From a virus, in the IMG/VR virus record IMGVR_UViG_3300034375_010798: a DNA stretch of 64,000 bases. One strand, given 5' to 3'. How positions within the stretch are numbered: position 1 is the first letter of the stretch; each line of letters starts with the position of its first letter. Both the position numbers and the translations under genes were made by a program. The notes beneath the pieces were generated by a model. It saw only the letters and a program-made list of their open reading frames with translations. It was not told the DNA's origin and searched no databases. This document shows positions 39,993-49,201 of the stretch, piece after piece.

Positions 39993-41339
39993 ATGAATGG
40001 TAAAAATTTTACATTAAGAACTGGTGTTAAATTTTCTGGTAACTCTGGAGATTTTGACAAACAGCCATTTATAAATTTGGTAGAAGAAGACTCAATTACT
40101 AGTGGTAAGTTTTTATCACTTTATAGAATAAGAAGATCAAAAGAAGAAAGTTCAGATATAGATTATGAATATCAGAACCCAGAAAAAGATGGTGTTATTG
40201 GATTAAGTTATGGTGATGGATCTAGTGTTTTTTCTTCAAGTGGAACATATATAACAAAAGCTATTAGTTTAAACGAATACAATGAAAACTTGGTTGGTAA
40301 CACTACAACTGCAGATGCTCAAGAATATTTTGTTAATGTTACTGTTGATGATAATAGTAAATTAACACTTATGATTGACGATAATGGAACATTTCACGGT
40401 GACATAGTTGTTGAAAACTTAACGTTAAATAGTTATAATTATATAGGTTCAACTTACAGACCACAGCCAGAGGGATTGTTAGATGCTAACTTAGATCAAA
40501 CAATACTACCTAATGGCAGCTCGGCAGACAGCACACTAGTATTGCAATACCAATATAATGCAATGGAACAAACAGATGTTTTCTTAACTAGTGGATTAAC
40601 TGGAGTGTATGATTGGTCTGGTAACTCTAATACTGGTTCTATATTTGGAACAGCTATCGGAGATATGGCAAACTTTGGAACAGATAACTCTGTATCTGCA
40701 GGAGTTACTGGTTGGACAGCTGGTATTGTTGAGGGCGGATTTAGATTGGATGGATCATCATATATAGAAAGCGAAACATCAACATTATTTACTGCAGCTG
40801 ATCCACTGGATAATGGATATACTTTATTAACATCAGCTAAGTTTTTTACATCTGCAGATACTGACATATTAACCTTAACTGATGGTGTTGAAACATATGG
40901 TTCTTTAAAAATAAGAAATGGTTCTTTTGTTTTTGATGTAGCTACAGATTCTATAACTGCAGGATCTATAACAGCTGTTGATGAGATTGCAGCAACTGGA
41001 TCTGTTGAACTGGGTAAGTGGTATAATATAGCAGCTACATTAAAAGAAACTAATGGTATAGATAGAGGATCAAAGTTATATATTAACGGAGAGCCATCTA
41101 TATTAACAAGAACTGTTAGCGATACATTATCAGCATCTATGTTTACTACTCCAACAGTAGTAGCTGCTGATACTAAGCTAATTATAGGAACAGATATAGC
41201 TAAAACTAGTAACTTTATGAATGGAGTTATTAGTTTAACTAGAGTATTTAATAGACCACTTAATGATGCACAAATATTTGAAAACTTCATAACTAGTATA
41301 CCCGGTCAAGTTAATATATCAGAAATTAATATTAGTTAG
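39993..41339 (+). CDS. LamG/concanavalin-A-like virion protein
   Basis: Motifs YDWSGNSNTG, GKWYNIAAT, LYINGE and G.ISLTRVFNRPL...QI..NF. Confidence 0.75.
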   Translation: MNGKNFTLRTGVKFSGNSGDFDKQPFINLVEEDSITSGKFLSLYRIRRSKEESSDIDYEYQNPEKDGVIGLSYGDGSSVFSSSGTYITKAISLNEYNENLVGNTTTADAQEYFVNVTVDDNSKLTLMIDDNGTFHGDIVVENLTLNSYNYIGSTYRPQPEGLLDANLDQTILPNGSSADSTLVLQYQYNAMEQTDVFLTSGLTGVYDWSGNSNTGSIFGTAIGDMANFGTDNSVSAGVTGWTAGIVEGGFRLDGSSYIESETSTLFTAADPLDNGYTLLTSAKFFTSADTDILTLTDGVETYGSLKIRNGSFVFDVATDSITAGSITAVDEIAATGSVELGKWYNIAATLKETNGIDRGSKLYINGEPSILTRTVSDTLSASMFTTPTVVAADTKLIIGTDIAKTSNFMNGVISLTRVFNRPLNDAQIFENFITSIPGQVNISEINIS

Positions 41340-41370
41340 TTAGCTAGTAATTAATATAACAGGAAATAAA

Positions 41371-42468
41371 ATGAATTTAAACTATAAAATTGATAAAGAG
41401 CAAATTTTAAAGAAATTTAAAGATTATGTAGATTCTCATACTGATAGGGGTGATAGGTATAATTCTAAAGGTAAGGATGTGCAATATCGTTCAGATTATG
41501 TTACTTTAGAAAAAGTAAAGACATTATATATGTTTGTTATTAATAATATAAAGATAGATTTAAGAAGAGAATTTATACATGATGATAAATTATTTTTTAA
41601 AGTTATGAATAATTTATTAAATAGAGTGAATAATAAAATAAGAACTAAAACTGCAACCAGTTTATTTATTTCTGTTGGTGTAGAAAATCCTATAGTTTTT
41701 GATGGTAGTGAAGACCAATATGAAGAATATTTAGTTTTTAATAAAACAAAGCAAGCTCAAGTTATGAGAAAAATAATTGATGAACTTAATGCAACATTAT
41801 CTGGTGATGTTCCAGAAGAAGAAGGTAAAACTATCATTAATTCAAATGATATACCAAAGAACCCTTCAAACATAGTTGAAGGTATGAGTAAAGAAGAAAT
41901 AGCCGATAAACTTATAAAAAGTATTAATCCAGATTATGTATTAGAAATATTTAAGGGAAATTTTGAAAACTTTGATAAAGAATATTATATTTTTATAAAA
42001 GAACATGATATAGATGATTCAATTGCAAAAGAGATATTATCTAATTTACACAACAAATTCTCTTCAGAAGAACCAAATAATATTTTAAATAAAAAACTGG
42101 AAGAAGAAGAAAAACCAAAACAAATTTATAAAAGATTTTCAGATCCCGGCCTTGAGAATAGAAGAGAACAATCTATGGATCAATTAAGAGGAAGAGGTTA
42201 TACTTCTAAAGGTGGTGGTTGGTATGATCGCCGTGGAAACTTTGTTGCAAAGATAGGTGATAAGGGCGAGATAATTTGGACCAAAGATCAGTATGAAAAA
42301 AGTGATACTGGAGGCTCAGCTGCGTCAATGGGTGGAGCAGCTGCTGCCGCAGGAACACCTGCAGTAGGTCAAGACGGAGATGGTGAAGAAGTAGAAACTG
42401 GATTGAATGATAAAGAGTTAGAATATATTAGAAAAACTTTTGGACATAATGAGAGAGATGATGCTTAG
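41371..42468 (+). CDS. Hypothetical protein
   Basis: 365-aa ORF with an AGGA SD. Confidence 0.7.
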   Translation: MNLNYKIDKEQILKKFKDYVDSHTDRGDRYNSKGKDVQYRSDYVTLEKVKTLYMFVINNIKIDLRREFIHDDKLFFKVMNNLLNRVNNKIRTKTATSLFISVGVENPIVFDGSEDQYEEYLVFNKTKQAQVMRKIIDELNATLSGDVPEEEGKTIINSNDIPKNPSNIVEGMSKEEIADKLIKSINPDYVLEIFKGNFENFDKEYYIFIKEHDIDDSIAKEILSNLHNKFSSEEPNNILNKKLEEEEKPKQIYKRFSDPGLENRREQSMDQLRGRGYTSKGGGWYDRRGNFVAKIGDKGEIIWTKDQYEKSDTGGSAASMGGAAAAAGTPAVGQDGDGEEVETGLNDKELEYIRKTFGHNERDDA

Positions 42469-44611
42469 ATCTGATATATATAATATTATAACAAAAAAAG
42501 AACCTCCTAAAAATGAACTATTTGACAATATATTAAATGAAGGTGAGTTCAAAGCTTTGATAGTAAAGGGTTCTGATGGTAAATCAAGGGTGGTTAATTT
42601 CAGATCCGCTGAAGCCATGAAAAATGCTATAAAAAGAGGAACTCATAAACCAATTGGTTCAAAAACTTCAGAAAAACCTGCAGATGATACACAACTGGAA
42701 AAACCTGTAGATGATACACAACTGGAAAAACCTGCAGATGATACACAACTGGAAAAACCTGTAGATGATACACAAACAGAGTTGCCTGATTCTGAAATTA
42801 AAGGATTAAAAGATAAAAATAGAGAAAATTTAAAAGCAGCCACAGTTGGTGTAGTTGATGAAGTTATTAAAAAAGAAGCATTAGAAGAAAGAAAGTCTGC
42901 GCCGGGTAATAAGGGTTCTGTTATTAATGAAATATGTGTTGGTGTTGGTTTATATGAGTTATTAGTTAATCCAAATATTAGTGATGATGATTTAATTAGT
43001 AATATAACAGAATTTGTAAAGTCATCAAAAATATACAAAAGTAATAAAAAAAGCAGTAATGATGAGGCTATAAAATCAGCTGCGAACGCTTCAAAAATAG
43101 AGTATATAAGAGTTTTAAAATTAATTGCCGAAAAGGGTATAAATTCAGAGGCGGCTATTGTAAGTCATATATGGGGTGCACAAGAGTCACTTTCTAATAC
43201 TGTATCAAAATTAAAAGAGATGGGTGTGAATACAGTAAATGATATAGATATTGAGGAATATGAAGAAATTATAATGGCAGGTGGTGCAGGTGAAAACCCA
43301 ACAGATACAATGATACTTGTAACTGATAATGATGGTAACGCACATATTCTCCATACTTCAAATAAAATGACATCCGCGGATATACAAGCAAACTCCGGAC
43401 CAGTTAAGAATATTGAAAATATACAAAAAACATTATTAGAGATGGAAGATTTAAATATATCTGCAGAAGATTTGGAAAATATATCAAAAAAACATATAGA
43501 TGAATTAAAAAATAAAAATGATGAAATAAAAAAAGTAGCTATAGAAAGAGTGTCAGAAGCTCGTGAAGATATTCGTGGTTTTATAGACGGGTTGAAAAAC
43601 GCAAGTTCAAATGAAGGTGATGAAAAATATTGGAATCTGGCTGTAGAGAGATTTAGTGGGGTGAATAAAAACGGAGAATTAACGACAAATGTTAGAAAAA
43701 GATTAGAAAAATTTTCTCAAAAAGACGAAAATGGCGAGATAAAAGAAGAGTATAAAGAATTTATTAAAAGGGTAGAGAATAGAGAAAAATTAACCGATAA
43801 AGATGAAGAAAAAATAGCTAATATGTTTTTAGATAGTATGGAATATACCCCTAAAGAAGGCGAGAGTGCAACTGTATACTCATTAAATAATGATAATATA
43901 GCCGGTGCCAATAGAGTTCTATATACAGAAGATGATGAAATTAAATTAAGGGAATTATATGGAGAACAACTAGATATTCAGAATAATTATAGAGAAACTT
44001 TAAATAATATTACAGATGGAGCTGGAGATCTTGCTTTTTCAAAATTATTTTGGGATAGATTACATTTAGATATATCTAGTGGCCACAACCCCGGAGGTAT
44101 ACCAAATGAAAATTTTTCTACAATAATGGGTGTTGATAAGAGCGATTTACGTATTTCATCAGATGGTCAACATTATATAAAAAAAGGTAATTCTCTTTTT
44201 AAATTAGATTTAGAAACAGGTGAATTGGAAGAAACCCCAGCTCAGCTTTCAAAAGAAGAAAAGAAAGAAATAAAAACTTCTGATAATTCAATAGTAATAA
44301 ATAGAGAGATATTGGCAGCTGCTCTTCAATCTGGTGTTGGTGTTGAAATAGGTGAAGATTATTGGAAGAATATAAAGGTAGAGTATTTGCAACAAGGTAA
44401 AGGTAATACAGGCAGTGCACTTTTATATTATGAATATTTAGATGTTGAAGGGGAACAACAAAGACTAAATATAGGTAGTCAAGATGTTAGACCTAAAGGA
44501 GGTCAAGGAACTAAACAACAAGATACTATAAAATATCACCGCGATTTTCAAACCAGATTAGCTATAGAAAGCTTATTATGGCAAAAAAGAAATAGTGATT
44601 TTGTAGGTTAA
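42458..44611 (+). CDS. Large acidic hypothetical protein (possible internal virion protein, possible PD-(D/E)xK-like core)
   Basis: ~718 aa; likely start at ATG 42458/42461. A repeat linker is followed by INE...ENPTD...HTSNK. Confidence 0.7.
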   Translation: MMLRSDIYNIITKKEPPKNELFDNILNEGEFKALIVKGSDGKSRVVNFRSAEAMKNAIKRGTHKPIGSKTSEKPADDTQLEKPVDDTQLEKPADDTQLEKPVDDTQTELPDSEIKGLKDKNRENLKAATVGVVDEVIKKEALEERKSAPGNKGSVINEICVGVGLYELLVNPNISDDDLISNITEFVKSSKIYKSNKKSSNDEAIKSAANASKIEYIRVLKLIAEKGINSEAAIVSHIWGAQESLSNTVSKLKEMGVNTVNDIDIEEYEEIIMAGGAGENPTDTMILVTDNDGNAHILHTSNKMTSADIQANSGPVKNIENIQKTLLEMEDLNISAEDLENISKKHIDELKNKNDEIKKVAIERVSEAREDIRGFIDGLKNASSNEGDEKYWNLAVERFSGVNKNGELTTNVRKRLEKFSQKDENGEIKEEYKEFIKRVENREKLTDKDEEKIANMFLDSMEYTPKEGESATVYSLNNDNIAGANRVLYTEDDEIKLRELYGEQLDIQNNYRETLNNITDGAGDLAFSKLFWDRLHLDISSGHNPGGIPNENFSTIMGVDKSDLRISSDGQHYIKKGNSLFKLDLETGELEETPAQLSKEEKKEIKTSDNSIVINREILAAALQSGVGVEIGEDYWKNIKVEYLQQGKGNTGSALLYYEYLDVEGEQQRLNIGSQDVRPKGGQGTKQQDTIKYHRDFQTRLAIESLLWQKRNSDFVG
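42671..42775 (+). repeat. 27-bp tandem repeat x~4 (EKP[A/V]DDTQL) with a 54-bp higher-order period
   Basis: GAAAAACCTG(C/T)AGATGATACACAACTG, with the variable base alternating C,T,C,T. Confidence 0.95.
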
Positions 44612-44670
44612 ATAAATTTTAAAAGTATTAAAAAAGTTATTATATTAATTATAAAAGAATGGAGGTTTTT

Positions 44671-45090
44671 ATGTTAAATACATTATTGTTGGCTACTTTT
44701 TGCCAATCAAAAAATATAGATGAGATTATATCAGACATAAAAAATAATTTTGATATTATGGGTGATAAGATATTCATCTTGCAAGATAAATCAAGTAAAC
44801 ATAAGAAAATATTAACTTACAATATAAAGAAGAGTGGTAACACTATATTTTCTGATGTTATAAGTAATACTATATCTTTACATAGAAAGAAAGAAACTAA
44901 TACTCTTTATACATTGAATGCACTTAATGAAATTGTTAAGGAGCAAAACAATGGTGAGGTTAGTAAGGATTTTACTGTTAATTGGGAAGATTATAGAAAT
45001 ACTTTATTAATAACTTATTATGATGATTTATCTAGTAAAACAGTATTAAAATCAATTAACACAAGTTTAATTAAAATAATTAATATATGA
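44671..45090 (+). CDS. Conserved large-phage hypothetical protein
   Basis: Motifs LLATF, TYN, LHRKKETNTLYT.NALN and W..Y.N.LL. Start at ATG 44671 after GGAGG. Confidence 0.75.
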   Translation: MLNTLLLATFCQSKNIDEIISDIKNNFDIMGDKIFILQDKSSKHKKILTYNIKKSGNTIFSDVISNTISLHRKKETNTLYTLNALNEIVKEQNNGEVSKDFTVNWEDYRNTLLITYYDDLSSKTVLKSINTSLIKIINI

Positions 45091-45097
45091 GGTTATA

Positions 45098-47518
45098 ATG
45101 TCAGAAAACAAAATGGTTAGTGTTTTATTGTTTGTAGAAAATTCTGATGACGATCAAATAGTAGAGGCAGTAAAAAATATATCTGAACAAACATATAAGA
45201 ATGTTGATTTGATTGTTTCATCATTTAAGGAAGAAAATTCAGAAGAAGTTAAAAAAATAGTCAATAGTTTGTTTTTAAATGTGCAATGGATTAATCATAA
45301 ACCTATTCCAACATTTATAAATGAAGCTTTGGAATTAGCTGTAGGTGATATTATTTTTTATAGAACTATTAATAATGTTAAGTGGTATCCAAGACATATT
45401 GATAGTCATATTGAAAAATACGATGATTCAAATGTTAATTGGTGTCTTTCAAATTTAGAAAGCAAAGACATTAATAAGCCAGAGGGTAAAGCTAATACTT
45501 TTGACTATAGGATAGAAAACCCACCTAACTTAACAACAATTATAATTGATGAAGTTTCTCACCGCAAAGGCATACCAGCAGATTGGGCATTATGTATCAC
45601 TGAAGATTCAAATGGCGAACATGATTTTTCTGCGGGTAAAATAGTTAATCAGTGGTCTTATGAAAAATTAAGAGGAACTGTATCCACAGAAATAAGTGTT
45701 ATTCAGTGGATTGAAAGAGATGGTGGTTATAAGGAAACTATAAATTATATTGAGGCACAGATTGGCGCACCTGCCCCTATAGATAACAAACATTCTATCA
45801 ATGAAGAGACTGGTGAGATAGAGATAAAAAGAAAACTTCCAACTTTAGTTGGTAACTATAGATTTGCAAATCATAATAAGCACACTGTTGCTATGTCAAA
45901 GAATATGGGTGATATAAACTCAATAGCTATTAAGAGAACAATAGGGTTGGGTGATGTTATATTAATTGAGCCAATCATTAAGAAGTTGAGACAGGATCAT
46001 CCTAAAGCTGAAATAACACTTTTTACCAAATCAACAGATATACCAAATTACTTCAAGCACGCACCAGATCATATAAAGACGTTAGATGAAGTCAATCTTC
46101 ACGAAGACTTTTTATCTAAAACAGAATATGAAATGGGTATTGATTTGGATTTATCATATGAGAGCAGAGTTAAGAGACCTTTTATTGACTCTTATGCTGA
46201 AGTTGCAAATGTATTCTTTGAAGATAGAAGAGATAAGTATCCACAATTAGTGTGTGATGAAGATCGTATTATAGAAGAAAAATATATTGTTGTTTGTGGT
46301 GATGGATCTGGTTGGCCCGGAAAAACTTGGCCATTAAGTTATTATGAGAACATTATTCTTCATTATAAAAATGAAGGATATAATGTTATAGAAACTGGAA
46401 GCCATCATGTCACAAATGATACAGATCCAACATATCACAATTGTGATTTTAAAACTTTAATTAATTTGATTAAAAATTGTGATTTGTATATCGGAGCAGA
46501 CAATGGTCCCATGCATATTGCAAGATCTTTCAATAAGAAGTGTGTGATTATTGCAGGAGCTGCTTTGCCAAGATTAACTAATCCCAATAATGAAAATGTT
46601 TATTATCTTGAAAATCATGGTAATGATTGTTTAGGATTAAAGCACTCTAAGTTTATAGATTTAACAGAAAAAGGTGGTTTAACATTTATACCTATTAATG
46701 TTAAAGATCCAAGTTGTGGTATTAATGATATTAAACCAAGTATGGTTAAAAAAGCAGTATCATCTTTAACAGATAAAAAGACATCACCAGATGGAAATGA
46801 GATGACTTATGCTTTTAATATCATAGGAAATCTCATCAGCAAAGATTTGATTGAGGGTTTTGCATATTATAGAGATGATGTTACTGGTATATATTGGAAA
46901 GAAGATGTGCATCATCACCCAGATCAAAGACTTAATACATCTCAGTTTTATATAGATAAAAAAGAAACAGTGTGGGAAAAGAACTTTGTTCCAATAATTA
47001 ATCATATGACAGAGAAATCAATAACTAATAATTCTTTATTAGATATTGGGTGTAATATGGGAATATTTTTAGATGGATATTCTAAGTATACGGATGATAT
47101 TATGGGTATTGATTTAAACATAGACTCTATTACAAATGGTATTAATATATATTCTGATTTAAAAGATAAATTAATATCTGGTAATTTTGTTACTTATGAT
47201 TTTGATAGAAAGTTTCAAACATTATTGTGTCATGATATTATTAATAATGTTAGCAACCCAAGAGAATTTTTATCTAAGTGTTACGATGTTTCTGAATCTG
47301 GTGGTTATCTATATATAAGTTTTTATGATATAGATAATGACTCATTTAGAGATAACCCAAGAGATTGGAGAGATATGGGTGTTGGTGAAAAAATATCATT
47401 TTTTGATTATAAAACATTTGAATCTATGTTAGATGATAATGGGTTTAAAATAGTTGAGCAATATTTTACGCATGAAGCTACTGATGCTAAGTTTTTGTTT
47501 TGTCAAAGGAAAAATTAA
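45098..47518 (+). CDS. Multidomain glycosyltransferase: degenerate GT2 + GT9-like + SAM methyltransferase
   Basis: GT2-like N-terminus (EQTYKNVDLIV, A.GD.I); GT9 motifs R..GLGDVIL..P, K.WP and YIGADNGPMHIA; C-terminal LLDIGCNMG.F methyltransferase motif. Confidence 0.85.
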   Translation: MSENKMVSVLLFVENSDDDQIVEAVKNISEQTYKNVDLIVSSFKEENSEEVKKIVNSLFLNVQWINHKPIPTFINEALELAVGDIIFYRTINNVKWYPRHIDSHIEKYDDSNVNWCLSNLESKDINKPEGKANTFDYRIENPPNLTTIIIDEVSHRKGIPADWALCITEDSNGEHDFSAGKIVNQWSYEKLRGTVSTEISVIQWIERDGGYKETINYIEAQIGAPAPIDNKHSINEETGEIEIKRKLPTLVGNYRFANHNKHTVAMSKNMGDINSIAIKRTIGLGDVILIEPIIKKLRQDHPKAEITLFTKSTDIPNYFKHAPDHIKTLDEVNLHEDFLSKTEYEMGIDLDLSYESRVKRPFIDSYAEVANVFFEDRRDKYPQLVCDEDRIIEEKYIVVCGDGSGWPGKTWPLSYYENIILHYKNEGYNVIETGSHHVTNDTDPTYHNCDFKTLINLIKNCDLYIGADNGPMHIARSFNKKCVIIAGAALPRLTNPNNENVYYLENHGNDCLGLKHSKFIDLTEKGGLTFIPINVKDPSCGINDIKPSMVKKAVSSLTDKKTSPDGNEMTYAFNIIGNLISKDLIEGFAYYRDDVTGIYWKEDVHHHPDQRLNTSQFYIDKKETVWEKNFVPIINHMTEKSITNNSLLDIGCNMGIFLDGYSKYTDDIMGIDLNIDSITNGINIYSDLKDKLISGNFVTYDFDRKFQTLLCHDIINNVSNPREFLSKCYDVSESGGYLYISFYDIDNDSFRDNPRDWRDMGVGEKISFFDYKTFESMLDDNGFKIVEQYFTHEATDAKFLFCQRKN

Positions 47519-47956
47519 ATGGAGACTTTTGGTAGTATAATAGATAAAATAACAATTTTAGAAAGAAGAATTCAAGAGTTAAGAAAAAAAGATGAAGGAT
47601 ATTACCACCTATACAATCAGTATGGGTGGTTATTCAAAAGTATTGGTGATCAACTTACTGAGTGTTTTAGTGGTCGTAGGCCATTTACATTTGAAAAACA
47701 TAAGGTTTATGATAAAGAAGTATCAATACAAAATGAAGTAAGTTTTTTATCAGTTATTAGTCTTCTAAATGAGTATAATAATAAGTTATGGGATTTAGAG
47801 GATATTAGAAGAGATAAGAGTTTAACTGATAATGAAAGATTAGAGGCCGCTGATAAGGTTTCTGAGTATAATAAGTTAAGAAATGATTGTATTGATAGAA
47901 TAGATCAATATATTGAAAAAGCAGCCAGAAGTTCACACGAATCTATCTTTAAATAA
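47519..47956 (+). CDS. DUF4254/DUF6165-like helical protein, often next to heptosyltransferases
   Basis: Motifs ETFGSIIDKITIL and N.KLWDLED.RR....N..RND.I..ID. Confidence 0.55.
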   Translation: METFGSIIDKITILERRIQELRKKDEGYYHLYNQYGWLFKSIGDQLTECFSGRRPFTFEKHKVYDKEVSIQNEVSFLSVISLLNEYNNKLWDLEDIRRDKSLTDNERLEAADKVSEYNKLRNDCIDRIDQYIEKAARSSHESIFK

Positions 47957-48000
47957 ATAATAGAAGATATTTATAATATAAAATATTAATGGAGAATAAT

Positions 48001-48177
48001 ATGGAAACTTATAGTAAGATAATTGCCCTTTATGAAGATTTTGTAATGAATCATAAGAAGTTTGTAGAAAGCAATAATAAGTCAGCAGGAACTAGAGCGA
48101 GGAAGGCCATCGGCGAAATAAAGAAATTAGCTACCGACTACAGAAAAGAAAGCGTAGAGGCGGCAAAAACCATGTAG
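48001..48177 (+). CDS. Histone H1-like (Hc1-type) small DNA-binding protein
   Basis: NKSAGTRARKA..EIKKL...YRKES matches the Hc1 family N-terminus. Start at ATG 48001 after GGAG. Confidence 0.75.
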   Translation: METYSKIIALYEDFVMNHKKFVESNNKSAGTRARKAIGEIKKLATDYRKESVEAAKTM

Positions 48178-48186
48178 AGAGATAAG

Positions 48187-48753
48187 ATGAAAAGAATAAA
48201 AAACTTATTATCAAAGGTTATATTCTTTTCAAGTGTTGCGATTTTAGTCAGTTGTTCAGACAACCCTACATCTAGTGATAGTAGGGAGTATGTATATAGC
48301 TATGATAATTACGCATTAATGATGGTTGATGCATTAGATGAAAAATATGCATATTTAGAAAGAAGTTTTAATGTTACAGATGGTGAAATACAATATATGG
48401 AAATTTATCATTTTGAAAAAAGTGACGACCCATTCTACCATCTTCAGTTTAAAATGGATAGAATGATTAAAACAAACTCATTAGATATTTGGTTCAAAAG
48501 TGAGCCAAAGAGTTCTAGTAGAAATGTTTATTCTATAGAGGGTAATATACTTTTTCAAAGTGGCTCTTATATATTGATGATTAAAAAATCTGGCATATCT
48601 TATAATATGAGAACCGATCAATATGATACATTTATTCCAGAACCTGTAGGAATAAATAAGATGGTTATTATAGATGATGGTGTTTTTATAGGTGATGATA
48701 AATATGGTGGTTTGCGTTATCAAATTGGAGATTTAGAAGATATAAAAATATAA
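48187..48753 (+). CDS. Putative lipoprotein
   Basis: Basic N-terminus, hydrophobic stretch, lipobox LVS-C, then SDNPTSS. Confidence 0.65.
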   Translation: MKRIKNLLSKVIFFSSVAILVSCSDNPTSSDSREYVYSYDNYALMMVDALDEKYAYLERSFNVTDGEIQYMEIYHFEKSDDPFYHLQFKMDRMIKTNSLDIWFKSEPKSSSRNVYSIEGNILFQSGSYILMIKKSGISYNMRTDQYDTFIPEPVGINKMVIIDDGVFIGDDKYGGLRYQIGDLEDIKI

Positions 48754-48754
48754 T

Positions 48755-49201
48755 ATGCTCATATATAAACCTAAATATTTTATTGAAGAAGTTATTTTTA
48801 CTAATGGTTGTTTTGATTTATTTCATAAAGGGCATGAATTTTTAATAAACTATGCATTATCTTTTAAATTACCAAGTAATAAATTAGTTGTTGGTGTTAA
48901 CACAGATAAATCAGTTAAGAAGTTAAAAGGAAATAATAGACCTGTTGATACTTTTAATAAAAGAGTAGAAAATTTAGTTTATTTTTCTAAAGAAATTGAT
49001 TATATTATACCGATTGAGAATACTAGTGTTTTAGAAACTATTAAATGGTTAAGACCTAGTATTCTCATAAAAGGTGGTTCAACAGATTTTATAGTAGGTA
49101 AATCATTTGTTGAATCATACGGAGGTAAAGTTATTAAGGCTCCTATGTTTGGAGAATATTCTACAACTAATTTATTGAAAAAGATGGTTAAAGATGAGTA
49201 A
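48755..49201 (+). CDS. rfaE2: HldE/RfaE domain II heptose-1-phosphate nucleotidyltransferase
   Basis: Motifs FTNGCFDLFHKGH, LVVGVNTD.SV.KLKG..RP, P.IL.KGG, V.SYGG.V and YSTT. Confidence 0.9.
   Translation: MLIYKPKYFIEEVIFTNGCFDLFHKGHEFLINYALSFKLPSNKLVVGVNTDKSVKKLKGNNRPVDTFNKRVENLVYFSKEIDYIIPIENTSVLETIKWLRPSILIKGGSTDFIVGKSFVESYGGKVIKAPMFGEYSTTNLLKKMVKDE

Noticed and set aside
40496-41290. 264-aa minus-strand ORF
   Set aside because: It is the antisense shadow of the LamG gene, with no SD or recognisable motifs.
42671-42775. Possible CRISPR array
   Set aside because: The repeats are head-to-tail with no spacers and lie in frame within a CDS.
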